Source: Paraspadella gotoi (lineage: Eukaryota; Animalia; Chaetognatha). From it: a stretch of DNA of 64,000 bases. The position numbers were made by a program, and so were the translations under genes. This document shows, piece after piece, positions 48,101 to 60,944 of the stretch; within the stretch, counting starts at the first letter, position 1, and each line of letters begins with the position of its first letter. A model generated the notes under the pieces. The model was not told the DNA's origin, did not search any database, and worked only from the letters and a program-made list of their open reading frames with translations. Location: contig CM119268.1 of assembly GCA_051294375.1 (NCBI GenBank), positions 16,645,181-16,709,180 of the forward strand, written 5' to 3'.

Positions 48101-49944
48101 GCCTGTGCGCTTATTAGTGATATAGGAAATCTTCCTGCCGGTGATTTAACAGTAATCGGAGAAAAGGGAGTTCATTTATCAGGAGGCCAAAAAGCAAGAG
48201 TAGCCTTGGCTCGAGCAGTATATGCAAATGCTGATTTGTATCTCCTGGATGATCCACTTTCTGCTGTTGACACACATGTAGCCAAACATATTTTTCAACA
48301 TGTAATTGGTAATGAAGGAATTTTGAAAAAAAAATGCAGAGCTATAGTTTTGAATAAAATTGGTTATTTGTCGGCAATGGATCATATAATTACCATCAAA
48401 GACTCTCGTATCATAGAAAATGGGAGTTATGGTCAACTTGTTTCCACAAATGGATATCTTTCTTACTTGGTAAAAAAGTATGTTAATCAAAAAAATGAAA
48501 AAGTTAATATAAAAACCTGCGCAGAGTTAGCAAATAAAAAGATTTTGGAGCCCAAAAATGAATTTTCTTATATTGAAAAAGATAGAAATCAAGACGGAAA
48601 AATTCCTTGGGGTTTATATTTTCATTTTTTGCAAAGTTTGGGTTCACCAATATGTATAATAGGCGCTTTTTCAATATTTTTAGCTCAGATGTTCAATGTG
48701 TTTTCAAGCATCTGTTTAGCAAATTGGACAGATAACTTGAATGCGTTGTCAAATATGTCAGAACTGAGTATCAATAATTCGACATCAAAAAGTGAAATAA
48801 ACGTTCAATTTATAATAATTTACAATGCTTTATCATTCTTTTCTTGTTTTTTTATAGTTGGAAAAGGAATATCTCAGACTTTAGGAAATGTTAGATGTTC
48901 ACTCATGTATCATAAAAAGTTAGCCACAAGAGTCGTACAGTTTTCACTGTCGTTTTTTGAAAATACCCCTTTAGGTCGTATAATTGATCGGTTCTCCAAC
49001 GATATTGAAGCTATTGACTCCAGAATTACATGGTCCTTTTTTGCCTTCTTTCACAGCATTACCGTTGTCTTCCTACTTCTTGCAGGAATCATATTTACGA
49101 TGCCAATGCTTTTAGCTGCTGTTCCTTTCCTCTTCATTTATTACGTATTTGTATACAAAGTTTACACACCATCTGGCAGACAACTAACACGCTTGTGTTC
49201 ATCTTCGCGGGCGCAGATTTATGCCCACTTTGTAGAAACTCAACGAGGAGTTTCAACAATTCGAGCCTTTAAAACGGAATCTGATTTTTTGAGAGAATTT
49301 CATACACGGTTTGACTTAAATACGCGCGCAAATTATCTTTTACACGCCTGTAATGCCTGGATGGCCTCGTATATTAACTTCACCACTTCGCTGGTGACCT
49401 TTCTATGTGGCATAGTAGCAGTGTTGACTGATATCACCACTGGTATAGCTGGTGCATCACTGACATTCGCTTTTGGAGTGAGTAGCAGCTTAGGCCTCTC
49501 ACTGAGGTGTGTTGCTCAACTTGAAAAAGATCTCGTGGCTATAGAGAGGTTGGTTGACTTTTTCTCAAAACCTGTGGAAGAAAATGAAAACATTGTGGCA
49601 CATAAGGAATTGGCCATTAGATGGCCCAATCGTGGCCTCATTAATTTTCGCGACTACAGCACCAAATATCGCGAGGAGTTGGAACCTGTATTAAAAGGTC
49701 TTCGGTTTGCTATCAATGCTGGGGAGAAGATTGGGGTTGTGGGAAGAACAGGTGCTGGAAAATCTAGTCTGACTCTTGCTCTTTTTCGGATTCTTGAAGC
49801 GACTAAAGGCAAAATAGACGTGGATGATATTGATATCAGCCAAGTTAGCCTTCTCAAACTAAGGTCTAGCATTGCTATAGTACCGCAGGTATTTAATTTT
49901 CTATTTTTTAAAATTTTCTATGTTTGGAACCATTGTTCAACAAT

Positions 49945-50023
<79 letters not shown>

Positions 50024-50585
50024 GTGATATTACGTTAATTTTAAAAATTTTCACCATAACTCCATTTCCCCCATTCAGGACGCCGTCATCTTCTCTGGCT
50101 CTCTCCGCTCCAATCTGGATCCCGCCTCTTCCTATTCCGACGACCAAGTGTGGTCTGCCTTGGAGACTGCTTGCCTCAAGGACTTCGTAGCTTCCCTTCC
50201 CAAAGGCCTGAATCACTGCTGCGCCGAAGGAGGCACGGATCTCTCCGCCGGACAGCGCCAGCTCCTCTGCCTGGCGAGGGCTCTCTTGCGTCGGACCAAG
50301 ATTCTTGTCCTGGATGAATGCACGGCCTCCGTCGACCTCGGAACAGACGAAATCATCCAGCAGAGTCTGAAGAGAGACTCGGCGGAGCAGACCGTCGTCA
50401 CCATCGCCCATCGCCTCAACACCGTCCTCGATTACGATAAGATCCTGGTGCTGGAGGAGGGGAGGGTCAAGGAGTTCGACACGCCGGAAAGGCTCTTGGC
50501 CGACGAGAAATCCGCCTTTAAAGCTCTCGTCAATGATATGAGCGTGGCGGAGAGGCCGAGAAATGATTCGCGACTATACGTTTAA
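45173..50585 (+). CDS. ABC transporter subfamily C, long MRP1-like, about 1537 aa, copy 2 (tandem paralog)
   Basis: Exons 45173-45390, 45578-46163, 46586-49888, 50079-50585. Same intron positions as copy 1; [40 protein letters not shown]. Confidence 0.95.
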
Positions 50586-51092
50586 TATTCAAACCTTTTT
50601 TTCCTCCGGTATTTCATCTGTAAATATGCTACATTTGTGTTTATTTAATTTTAGATTCTTTGAACATTCTAAAAATCCAATGAAACATAATTCATAAAGT
50701 TTTTATTTTATAAACAATAAATTTAACAACAAAGCCAATAAATAATTTAAAAGGGCATAAAAGTGATATTGGAATGAAGTAGTATGTACGTAGAAGTTAT
50801 AATTGCAGTTGTTTTTAAACAACATATAAAATACGAAAGGTGAAGTATGGTGAATATATGCGGGCCATAAAATTCTTTTCACGTCCCGAAATCGTTCACG
50901 CGTGACAACGACCGAATCCGTCATGGCTGCCATTCCTACCGGCGCTCTTCGGCATATTCTCCCGGCGTCGTCGTTTTTTTACGGCGCCTCGTCTCGCCGA
51001 GTCGTTTAATGGGTTCATCTTGCGGCATCGTGTGGCAGCATCTTGTTAAAGCGTCTTATCACGCCGTAGCGTAGCGGTGCGCATCATTTCCG

Positions 51093-51235
51093 TCAAGCGT
51101 AGCGCTGGATTCCCAGCTTCGCTTCGCTAAAGGAAAACTCGGAGAAAAAAAATTATAAAAGAAAAAGAAAGATCCGGGTGGAATGTAGATTGTAGACGGA
51201 TAAGAAGGAATGGATGGAAACGGATGCGGGACAAA

Positions 51236-51317
<82 letters not shown>

Positions 51318-53379
51318 CAACAAAAGGGTATGAAGGAATGAAGGATGCTCCCAAGTCTCGGGCAAAAACAATAAACTTTGTTTTTTTCATTTTCTTTCCA
51401 CTGAAACTAAGAAAGTGAAAATGAAGCTGAGGAAGGAGAAGACCAAAGCAACCAACCAACTTGGCGGATGAGCGAGGCCCTTTCAGGCTCATCTTTGATA
51501 ATTCCCCCACTCAAGGACCATTAATTTCAGGGAAAAGATCTAAAAAATATAATTAGGAGATAAATTAAGTATTTTTTTTGTTTAGTTGCTCACGGGAAAA
51601 GGTTTTACGATTATTATACTAAACAATCCAGGCAACATAAGGAGAGAAAATTAAAGTCGGAAAATACTAGATGTAAATCATTTTATTTTCGGCAGCCTAA
51701 AAATCAAAAGTAGGACTTTTCAGGCTCCCTGTATACTATTTTAAACATTTATGTTTATTTTTTAAATCAATGAAGGAAAAAAATATATATGCGGCAAATA
51801 ACGAGGTTTCATCCTCAAAGCATGCATGAATATGTTTATATGTAACCTAATAAAACTTTTATATTATTTAACTTTCAGCAGCCTAAAAATCAAAAGTAGG
51901 ACTTTCTAGGCTCCTAATTCATTACTTTAAATATGCATTTTAAAAATTTTTGAAAAACAGTTTCATTGTTTACCAAAGAAAAATTAATCACAATAGTCAC
52001 AAAAAAACATCGTCAAAACATGCATAAATTATTTAAGTCATTTTAAAAATATCTAAGCTCTTGATCAACATTTTAAAAAAATAGTTTAAAAAAGATTTAG
52101 GATAATTTAAAATAATTAAGGCAAACCAGTTATAAACTCAGCAGCTTAGAAATCAAAAGTAGGACTTTCTAGGCTATATTTTTTTTTAAACTTAAATATT
52201 TTTAAAAATATTGTAGCCATTTTATAAAAGAGTTAATAATTTTTAACTTTCTGCAGCCTAAAAATCGAAAGTAGGACTTTCTAGGCTCCCTATCTCCTAT
52301 TTTAAATTTTTTTTTAGTTTTTAATTTTAACAACAGATTTTTCGTTTGTAGGCATCTTGTCTACTACCATAACATTCACAGGCATCTAGTTTACAACCGT
52401 TAAGTACACTAAAAATGAATGAAATGAAAATGAGAAAAACATTATGAAAAAATTGATGAGAATATTTTTAACATGACTTACCTTTTCTTTAGAAATCCGA
52501 TCTTCAAGAGCGAAACTCACCTTAATAACTGGCCAAGATCGTCATCGATGGACCAACTTACTTTTCCTGTCGCTTGACTTTGTAAGTATGATTAACGAGG
52601 TGCAGCCGGATGTGCGCCTGCATCTTCAGCATAATGATGGACAACGCCTTCTCCCGAATTTCCTCCAACTTGGATAATTTTCCCGCTCGAAACATCACCT
52701 GACGGTTGAGAAGTTGTAATGATCTTTAAAGAATCTTTATTAATCTTCATTAACTAATTCATTTGTGTTAAAAATTAAAATTATTGACCTTACCTTGGTG
52801 TGTCCCGTCCTGAAGTCGTCCGAGTCGAGACCAGACGTACAGAGCGCCCTCTGCGCGCATGCCTTTGGGTCGGACTTGAGGTCAGAGAAGATTTTGGGCG
52901 CAACGATCGAATAGCGAGACATAAAGTCCTGGTAGGGGACCTTGTTGGGAAGACCCAGCATGCAAATGCGGATTCCTTGTGGTAAGGGGAGATAAATCTA
53001 TAATTAATCATCAAACAATTTTAATATTGATTTTTTTTAAATTACTTCTTTTTTCCCTTACCCTCTAAAACTCCGTTGCAGGTAAGTTGATGCATCACCA
53101 ACGGAGCATCGATGTATCCCGACTTTTTGATTTCGTTGGGGATGATGCAGCGGACGAAGTGAGGGTGAGTCGAGTGCAGGTTAGTCATCAATTTCATCAG
53201 GGATTCCCTAGAGGAAAAGGACAAAAAGAAAAAAAAAATAGAGAAAGAAAGCGATAAGAATAGCCTAAATAAATTAATAAATACATTAATAAATAAATAA
53301 ATTAAAAATAAATAAATAAATAAATATATATATAAATAAATAAATTAAAAATAAATAAATAAATAAATAAATATATATA

Positions 53380-53411
<32 letters not shown>

Positions 53412-53440
53412 AAATAAATAAATAAATAAATAAATAAATA

Positions 53441-53476
<36 letters not shown>

Positions 53477-56400
53477 AAATTAAATAAATTATCAATCTGT
53501 AGTTTAATCTATAGTTTAATACATCATAAAATGGCTAGCTGACTGGCAGTAAGTTCAATCAGTCGATCACCCTCACCTGTGGCCCGCAGAAATGGTCATG
53601 AGGGCCGAGCCTTTCTTTTTCTCGTCCGCTTTGTCTTGAAAGACAATGGCGACGACGGAATTTCCTGCTCCTTGCATTAGATTGACGACGGCTTCGTTGA
53701 CGGGGTCCTGGAAGAGGACGGGGAGAGTAAAAGCCCCGAAGAAGATCTCTAGGACTAATTCACAATTATATTCTAAACCTTTAAAAGTAAATTTAAATTT
53801 TTTTTTTTTTTTATTAGAGTCTTCATTCAGCTAACCTTGTTCTTGAATAGCCAGCCGGTGACGTTGTAGCCGACCATGCCCGCGTAGTGGGCGATCATGA
53901 AGTGCGCTTCAGGCGCGCCCTTCTTGGGCGGTTTCGGCTTCCCGATCCCTTCCGTTTTGCCCAGATGTTTTCCCATCAACTTTTCAAGGAAAGTCTTGTC
54001 CGTTGCCTTGGGAACGATGCACTCTTCCTCCAGAATGCTGTCCAAAAGAGTTTTTAGGTAAATTATGATTAAAAATGTTACGGAAAAAGATTTGTTTTGT
54101 TTTAAATCACACAATCGTTTAAATCATTCATCCCCCCATTTTAAATGCTATGGTCAAAAATAAACTTTTCTTGCACCTCAGGATGCCCATTTTTTTCTCG
54201 ATCAAGTCGATCGTTTTCTGCAGATCCAGACCAAAATCGATGAAGTCCCACGTGATCCCTTCCGCCTTGTACTCTTCTTGCTCTTCCACGAACATGTGGT
54301 GATTGAAGAACTGCTGGAGTCGCTCGTTGGTGTAATTGATGAGCAGCTGCTCCAGCACGTTGAGCTCGAAGATCTCGAAACCTGGATGTGTCAAAATACT
54401 AGGTCTTTCAAACTATAAGTGATAAATTTTAATGAATTAATCAAGCCTTAAAGTAATTTACTCATTTTCTAGTTAACACTAAATGAATCAAAGGGCAATA
54501 ATAAAGTCTATAACAAACACTCAATCAATCCATCAATCAATCAATCAATTATAACCGACCCGCGATGTCAAGGACCCCGATGAAGTGCTTCTTGACGTTG
54601 GGCGTCTCTAGAGACTCGTTGACTTTGGCGACCATCCAATCGAAGACTCGGGCGTACATCGATTTGGAGGAAGCGGAGATTGAGAAGCGGACTTGGTCTA
54701 CATTCTGACCCTTTTTCACGTAGTCCTTCCCGACCTAAAAAGTATTGGGATAAAATGGGAAGTGAAAAGTCTTGGGATGAAAGAATGGGCTATTCCACAA
54801 CGGCTTTATTGGTCGAGCGATTATTGGTAAACAATGGTAAAAAAAATTAATACTGTAACAAATTAATTTTTTATTATGACTAAAAATAAATAAAAGATAA
54901 ATAAGATACTAAGTAACTTTAACAATAAAATGATTTTTCTCTGTTTCGTTCTGTATGTTTACTTTCATAATTTTTTCCATATTTCGAAATCTTGAAATAG
55001 TTCCCAGTGCCCTAGCCCAAGAAAGCCAAGCCCAACGCACCTTCAGTTTGGGCTTGGTGAAGGTGTCAATGAAGAGATCGACATCGACTTCGATGAGGGC
55101 GGCGGTGTTTTTGATCTCGTCGGTTCCATCCGGTTCCGCCTGCTCCTCTCTTCCCTTCTGTTTCCACTTGGCGTTGCCGAGATGAGCGATCGCCATCGAC
55201 GATTTGTACATCCCGGATTTCTCCTCCTGGGAAAGGGGGAAGTGGAAAGGGGATATAGATAAAAGGGGAAGGGGGAAAAGGGAAAGGGGAAAGGTGGAAG
55301 GGAAGAGGGTAATGGGAAGGGATAGGGGAAGGAGAAAGGGGAAAGAGGGGAAAGGGAGAGGGGTTAGGGGGAAGGGAAAAGGGGATAGGGGAAGGAAAAA
55401 GAGGGAAAGGGGAAAAAGGAAAGGGGAGAGAGGGAAGGGAAAAGGGATAGGGGAAGGGGAAAGAGGGATAGGGGAAAGATGGAAAGAGGAAAGGGAAAGG
55501 GAAAGGGAAAGGGAAAGGGAAAGGGAAAGGGGAAAGGGAAAAAGGGAAAGGGAAAGGGGAAAGGGAAACAGGGAAAGGGAAAAGGAAAGAGTTGAGGAGA
55601 AAGCGGAAAGAGAAAGGAGAGGGGGCGAGGTTTGTGGATTGTGTTTGAAAAAAGTGACTTATTAAAATCTATTCTATTTGAAATTAACAGGAATTAAAAA
55701 GATAATTTTTTTTTTAAAATCGTTAGAGCCACTAATAGTTAGGACTAGCCACTTTTATCTCCGTCACTTTTAATGGTTATATTTAAATCTCAATAAACCA
55801 TTTCTAGTTCTTTTGTTAAAATTTAAAAGATGAAAATCAATCTTATTTTTCTCAAAATTTAATGAGAGCTTTACCAATTTTAACCGCCGCATTTCCTCAC
55901 CTGAGTGAAGCCGAGAATGTCGAGTCCCTCGTCCGTCGCCCTCATCTCTTCCGCGTCGTCGATCCCCGGCACAGTCAACACCCCCTGACTGATGAAGTAG
56001 TAGGCGCCAGGGTCGGGCTTGGAGCTCAACCGGCACATCTGGTGATACTGCGGAAAGGCGTCCGTCATCAGCTGGTAGAAGATGTGGTAGTTTCGCTCCA
56101 CCTCCAGCTGGAAGGTGATGCGGGACTTCTCCAGCAGGTAAGTCTCGATGTCGGCCGAGGCGATCTTGAAGGTCGACCCGAAGTGGATGCGGATGAACTT
56201 ACCCTGGAAGTTGTTGTGCGGGTTGCGGGGGATGGAGAAAGGTGTTTACGGATGATTAAATCAGGGAATTATGATCTGCAAATGGTAAATGGAGCCTGAT
56301 CTCTGACTTTTCTGACATCCATTATTAATCCGGATAAATAATATAGAGACTGAGGCGAAAAACAACAAAAACAACAATAATTGAAACAACAACTGCAATC

Positions 56401-57799
56401 AGCAAAGAACTCACGAATCTGGAGGAGTTATTATTCCTGACGGTCTTTGCGTTGCCGTACGCTTCCAAAGGCGGGTTGGCCTGGATGATTTGCTCCTCCA
56501 AGGATCCGTGCGAATGCCCCTTTGATTTCGCAGCGTGGGGATCGGCGCAGTTGAGCGCGTAGTACTGAAGGACCTTCTTCGTGTTCTCGGTCTTTCCGGC
56601 GCCGGATTCGCCGGTGATGAGGGAGGACTGGTTTTTGGTTTCTGTAAAAATAGTTTGATTGGAAATTGAGAGAAAAGGAAAACAGAGAGAAAAAGATCGA
56701 GAGAGAAATTTTTAAGTTAAACATTTTTCAAGATTTATTTTTTTTTTTATCACAACTCTACTTTCACAAGAATAGGATACAAGGAAATGTTTTTATTTAC
56801 TTTTAGAAACTACACTTCACAAAACAAAATAATATTTAACTAAATATGCAGCGCTTAAACCAAAAACAACATCTTCAAGAACCACAGCACACTGATTTCA
56901 CCCATCTCAAATAACCTCAGCACTTAAACTCACCCACTCCCCAAGAACTGCAGCGCTAAAGCCAAACTCACCCATCTCCAAGAACTGCAGCGCCCCGTCG
57001 GCGATGGCATATAGATGAGGCGGCGCCTCGTTCCTCCTCTTGTTCCTGTAAAAATCCCTCATGATCTGCGTGTACACGTTCAACCATTTGTAAGGGTTGA
57101 TGCACACGCAGAAAAGGCCCGAGTAGGTGTAGATCTGGAGGACTTGGTAACGACTTCGCAGGTTGTGCAAGACGCAAGCCTTGTTGAGAACGGATAGATT
57201 GGACATGTCTTCCTCCTGTGAGATATGTACATCGTTTGATGAGAATTAGGGTTCAACTTTATAATAAAGTAATAGAACTAGAAGTATTTGATTTAGTTTT
57301 ATAAAATATTAAAATATTAAAAAAATATTTAATAACTTGACAAAACCATTTTAGTCTTGTTGCACAAAACGAACGGTTGAGTTAGACCTATATATAATTC
57401 AAATCATTGACCTCACCTTTTACAATCTTCGTCCCGAAATTAAAATCATTTCCCTTACCTTTTCAAACTTGGGCGGATTCCGTTCGAAAACTTCCGCCTT
57501 CGGGTGGGAGACGATCTTTCCATCGGCTCGTTCCACATCGATCGTGTCTCCTTTGTCTTTGACGACCTTGCACTTGATGTAGACTTCGTCCGGATCGGGA
57601 ACCCATCGCTCGATCTGGGAAAGAGAGGGCGGATAGATAGATAGATTACAATTTCAGATATATAATTCAAATTATACATTTTTTCCCGACAAACCTGCGC
57701 GTCGAAGTTGACCGAACGCTCTTTGACGAGCTCGTTCAAAGGCGTTTGAAGCCAGATCCAATCGGGGTGGTTGGGCGAGAGACGGACCTTCTTCTCCAT
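51093..57799 (-). CDS. Mhc: Myosin heavy chain, class II muscle type; motor domain plus one IQ-like motif, about 800-810 aa, no rod found
   Basis: Exons 57799-57695, 57614-57459 (NPPKFEK), 57215-56972, 56641-56415 ([15 protein letters not shown]), 56203-55901 (YLLEKSR), 55226-55041, 54734-54560 and 54381-54177 (DIAGFE), 54037-53836, 53707-53577, 53207-53062 ([17 protein letters not shown]), 52975-52794, 52698-52562 (MQAHIR). The last exon 51126-51093 ([10 protein letters not shown]) is tentative; unspliced read-through stops at TAA 52560-52558. Confidence 0.92.
51692..52290. repeat. Four copies of an about 37-bp hairpin motif separated by AT-rich spacers of unequal length
   Basis: GCAGCCTAAAAATCAAAAGTAGGACTTTCTAGGCT at 51692, 51878, 52141, 52253. 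Confidence 0.9.
53268..53490. repeat. (TAAA)n intronic microsatellite
   Basis: Directly visible. Confidence 0.95.
55229..55625. repeat. (GGGAAA)n-type purine tract; acts as a long pyrimidine tract on the myosin sense strand
   Basis: Directly visible; abuts the acceptor of myosin exon 55226. Confidence 0.9.
56845..56995 (-). repeat. Degenerate 32-39 bp tandem repeats of a myosin exon end plus donor
   Basis: CTCACCCATCTCCAAGAACTGCAGCGC (true junction, 56967) recurs at about 56929 and more weakly at about 56897 and 56865. Confidence 0.75.
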
Positions 57800-59616
57800 T
57801 TTGAGGCGGAGGTGGCAGTTAGTTTAGTATAGTCGTTGTCGTTTACCTTAATTAAATAAATGAAAAAAAAGAAAACCTCTTCTGAGATTTAAAGAATGAA
57901 GAAAAAGTGAACGGATCTCCTTCAGCAAACCTCGGATATATATATCAACGTGTTTGGTCTTATCGACAACTTTAATGGATCTTTGCCGAATTTGTTTTCT
58001 CTCGCGCCAAGAATCTACGAATCTAAATCGAACTCTTCCCTCCCCCCACGCCCTCTCTCGGCTGATCTTTTCTCTCATTCGTTGGACAGAAATTTCGGAA
58101 TGGATTCAATTTTTCTTACTCGTTCGCCATCGTTTCTTTTTTTTTTTAACAGAACAGATATTTTGAAAGTATATATTGGCCCTTTTCAAATAAGTATTTA
58201 TCTTCATTAATTTATGTTGAACATGAGCTATATGTAATTCTAAACACTGATATTTACGTAGTATTTTGACTATTATATTTATTTAAGAAACCTAATTTCT
58301 CGGAAATTATAGCTGCTCATAAAAAAAAGGATTTTTGTAATATTTTGTTTTATCTTCAGCGTCATTTTCATTAATCTCAGAAACGCATTAATCAACTTTA
58401 GAAAATAAAAAAAGTGTAAAAAGCTTAACAAAACAATAAGAAAGAGAAATAAAGAAAAAAAAAACATCTTTCTCGTTTACGTTGATTCGATTTGATCTTT
58501 TGTTTGATCAAAACTCGCACGATTCGAATATCGACGTCGGCTGAGATTGTTATGACGTTTCCGCGATGGGAGGAAACCGAAACAGTTGGATGCTTTTTTC
58601 GTTTTATGCAATATTTTATGGGTTTTTTTTTCTTAAGGCTGCCGGCAGCGACTCGGGAAGAAAACTTTTCGGTCAGTCTATCTGTTATAAATGAAAACTC
58701 TCTGCTTTGAACACGAGGTCAGTCTATCTGTAATTTTTTTTTATTTAAAAAGATAAAGGTTTTTGAGGTTGACAAACCAAGCTCAACAATGTATACAACT
58801 AAAAATAATGATTAAGAATTATTAAAATTGAATAGGATTAGGACAAAAACAAACTTTATCTCCTAACCATTCCCCATTGCTTTTTTTCATAATCGGAATC
58901 ACGATCATAGAATGTACGTTTCGCTCTTTTCTGTTTAAAAAAAAAACATAACATTCTTTTCATTCAAAGTCGATATCAAACGTCCGGCAGCCGAATGTCA
59001 AACTGACGGAATTGTGACTTCTAAAGTTTCCGGCGTCGGTCGAGATCAAAGAAATCGCCAGAGTTTGATTGAATCTGCCGACGTGAGGATTTGCTTAATT
59101 TGATGGAACAATTGTGAAGACAGTCACAGTTTTCTAATTGTGTTACTTTCAATGGTGCTTATGATATCCTCCTTATATTTTATTGACATTTTCATATTTT
59201 GATCTTTTACATTTAAAAAGATTTTTAAAAAGATTAAATATTTCTTTTTAAATTTCCCTTTTTCTCTTGACAAGTTCGCTAATTTTTTTGTTGAGTCGTG
59301 AAACAGCTCAAGGGTGAAAATGAAGAACTTCTCCAGGAAATAAAAGAACAAAAACTTGTCTCCTCGTAAGATAATAAAAAAAGTTCAAAACGAGAAAAAA
59401 AAAAAGAATAAAGTTCATTTTCTCCGATTTCAAATATGCGTAAATATATAAAAGTAAATAGATAACAAACTAAACAAACAAAAAAAGAAGAAAAATTTAA
59501 CGATATAAAACCAACGAAAAAGAAGAAACAAGGAAAATTGATATTTAGCTCGTCGCCACCATAAAACCCCCCCACCACCCACCCCCCAAAAAAAAACTTA
59601 TAAAAAAAGTATTTAC

Positions 59617-59795
59617 CTTTTTGCGTCGAGATTTGAAATAACCGTCGATGTCTACCGATGGAACCAAAAAAAAACCCCAAATGCGCGTAATTCTAACGAA
59701 GCGCCGGAGACGGATGAGCTTGGGTCGGGGTGGAGCCGGTGGTTTTCGACGACGGGATTCGGCGTTGTCTTCTTCGTCGATGCCTCCGTCGGTCG
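59617..59795 (-). other. Probable non-coding first exon of the myosin gene
   Basis: ATG-free GC-rich segment downstream of a TATA box, ending in donor AAG|GTAAAT; a matching acceptor (pyrimidine tract..TAAG) sits at 57847/57846, 47 nt before the ATG. Confidence 0.55.
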
Positions 59796-59816
59796 AAGGA
59801 TCGATCATCGCGCCCT

Positions 59817-59824
59817 CTTTTATA
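59817..59824 (-). promoter_or_regulatory. TATA box (TATAAAAG), candidate myosin promoter
   Basis: Minus strand GGGGTATAAAAGAGGGCGCG in a GC-rich context upstream of the putative first exon. Confidence 0.55.
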
Positions 59825-59898
59825 CCCCGAGGGCCGTCCGACGGATCGTGGTGGGGCCTTTCGAGAGCCTCTTCCCCGCTCGGGCCCGGCATCGCTTA

Positions 59899-60033
59899 CG
59901 TCGTGGTCGTCGTTGTAGTCGTCGTTGTCGTCGTTGTGGTCGTCGTCGTGGTCGTCGTTGTGGTTGTCGTTGTGGTCGTCGTTGTGGTCGTCGTTGTGTT
60001 CGTCGTTGTGGTCGTCGCCGTGGTCGTCATCGT
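59899..60033. repeat. Degenerate (GTC/GTT/GTG)n repeat with 12-nt periodicity
   Basis: Directly visible; gives poly-Val or (DDHN)n translations. Confidence 0.9.
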
Positions 60034-60767
60034 CTATACTTGAAAACATTGTTGTGAAATAAAAATATTCTTTTTTGAACGGCTAAATTAACTAACAATA
60101 CTAAAAGTATGACACTAAAACAACTTTCGCATAAGATTCACGCTACTGGAAATGAAGTTTCAAAATGAAAAGCGGGAATTCTATAAACACTTTGTCTTAG
60201 GAATAAAGTACCATCATACCATCAACGGTAGGTACATTCCGTTGATGATTCATAACTGCGAGTCACATTTTTCCTGATCAAATTATCATCGAACTTGCTT
60301 AAACTTGGTGGAAAACGACTTACTCTTAGGCTGAATTTTTATGCTCCTGACTTCAGCTAATAGTAGTCACTGCAAAATTCAAATCAGATGAGAAACCAAT
60401 GTTTATTTCGAAATGAGTGGAAATAGATTTTCTGTTTTTCATTCCAAGATACATCAGGAATGTCAGGCAAACAATATCAGTTGCCTTCTCCGACGAAATC
60501 GCCGAAGTTTCGTCCTCGAAAGAATGCAATTTAATATTTATTCATCTTTATGATCCAAGTATTTTTAGCATTAGAAATCAATCGGATATCGTTTTCCTCT
60601 CGTTAGAAAACGGAATGACTTGAGAAAACTAACATGTGATGCATTAAGAAGAGGGTGGGACTTATCAAGAAAAGGGGAGGTGGAAAGAGAGGGAGGAATG
60701 GAAAATACAAACAAGAAATAAATCAAGAAAAAAAAATCTTAAAAGCAATAGAAATCGAGCCAGCTTT

Positions 60768-60944
60768 CGATGGTAACCAAATATTAATGCGATGATAACT
60801 AAATATTGATGCGATGATAACCAATAATTGATGCGATGATAATAAAATAGCTGATGTGATGATAATCAAATGATTGATGCGATGATAGTCATTCATTGAT
60901 GTGATGATAATCATTCATTGATATGGTAATAATCATTCATTGAT
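60768..60944. repeat. About 22-bp minisatellite next to assembly gap 60945-60954
   Basis: TTGATGCGATGATAA core repeated about 8 times. Confidence 0.88.

Noticed and set aside
51692-52290. CRISPR array
   Set aside because: Eukaryotic context, long unequal spacers and no cas genes.
58799-58808. MEF2-like site CTAAAAATAA in the putative myosin first intron
   Set aside because: Expected by chance in AT-rich DNA; the same motif also occurs near 54880.
59545-60049. ORFs MPGPSGEE.. and MFSSIDDDDH.. as a myosin N-terminal extension or small gene
   Set aside because: Splicing 59617->57846 is out of frame with the myosin ATG by 1 nt, and a TATA box lies inside the ORF. A promoter plus non-coding exon is the simpler reading, although a homopolymer error cannot be excluded.
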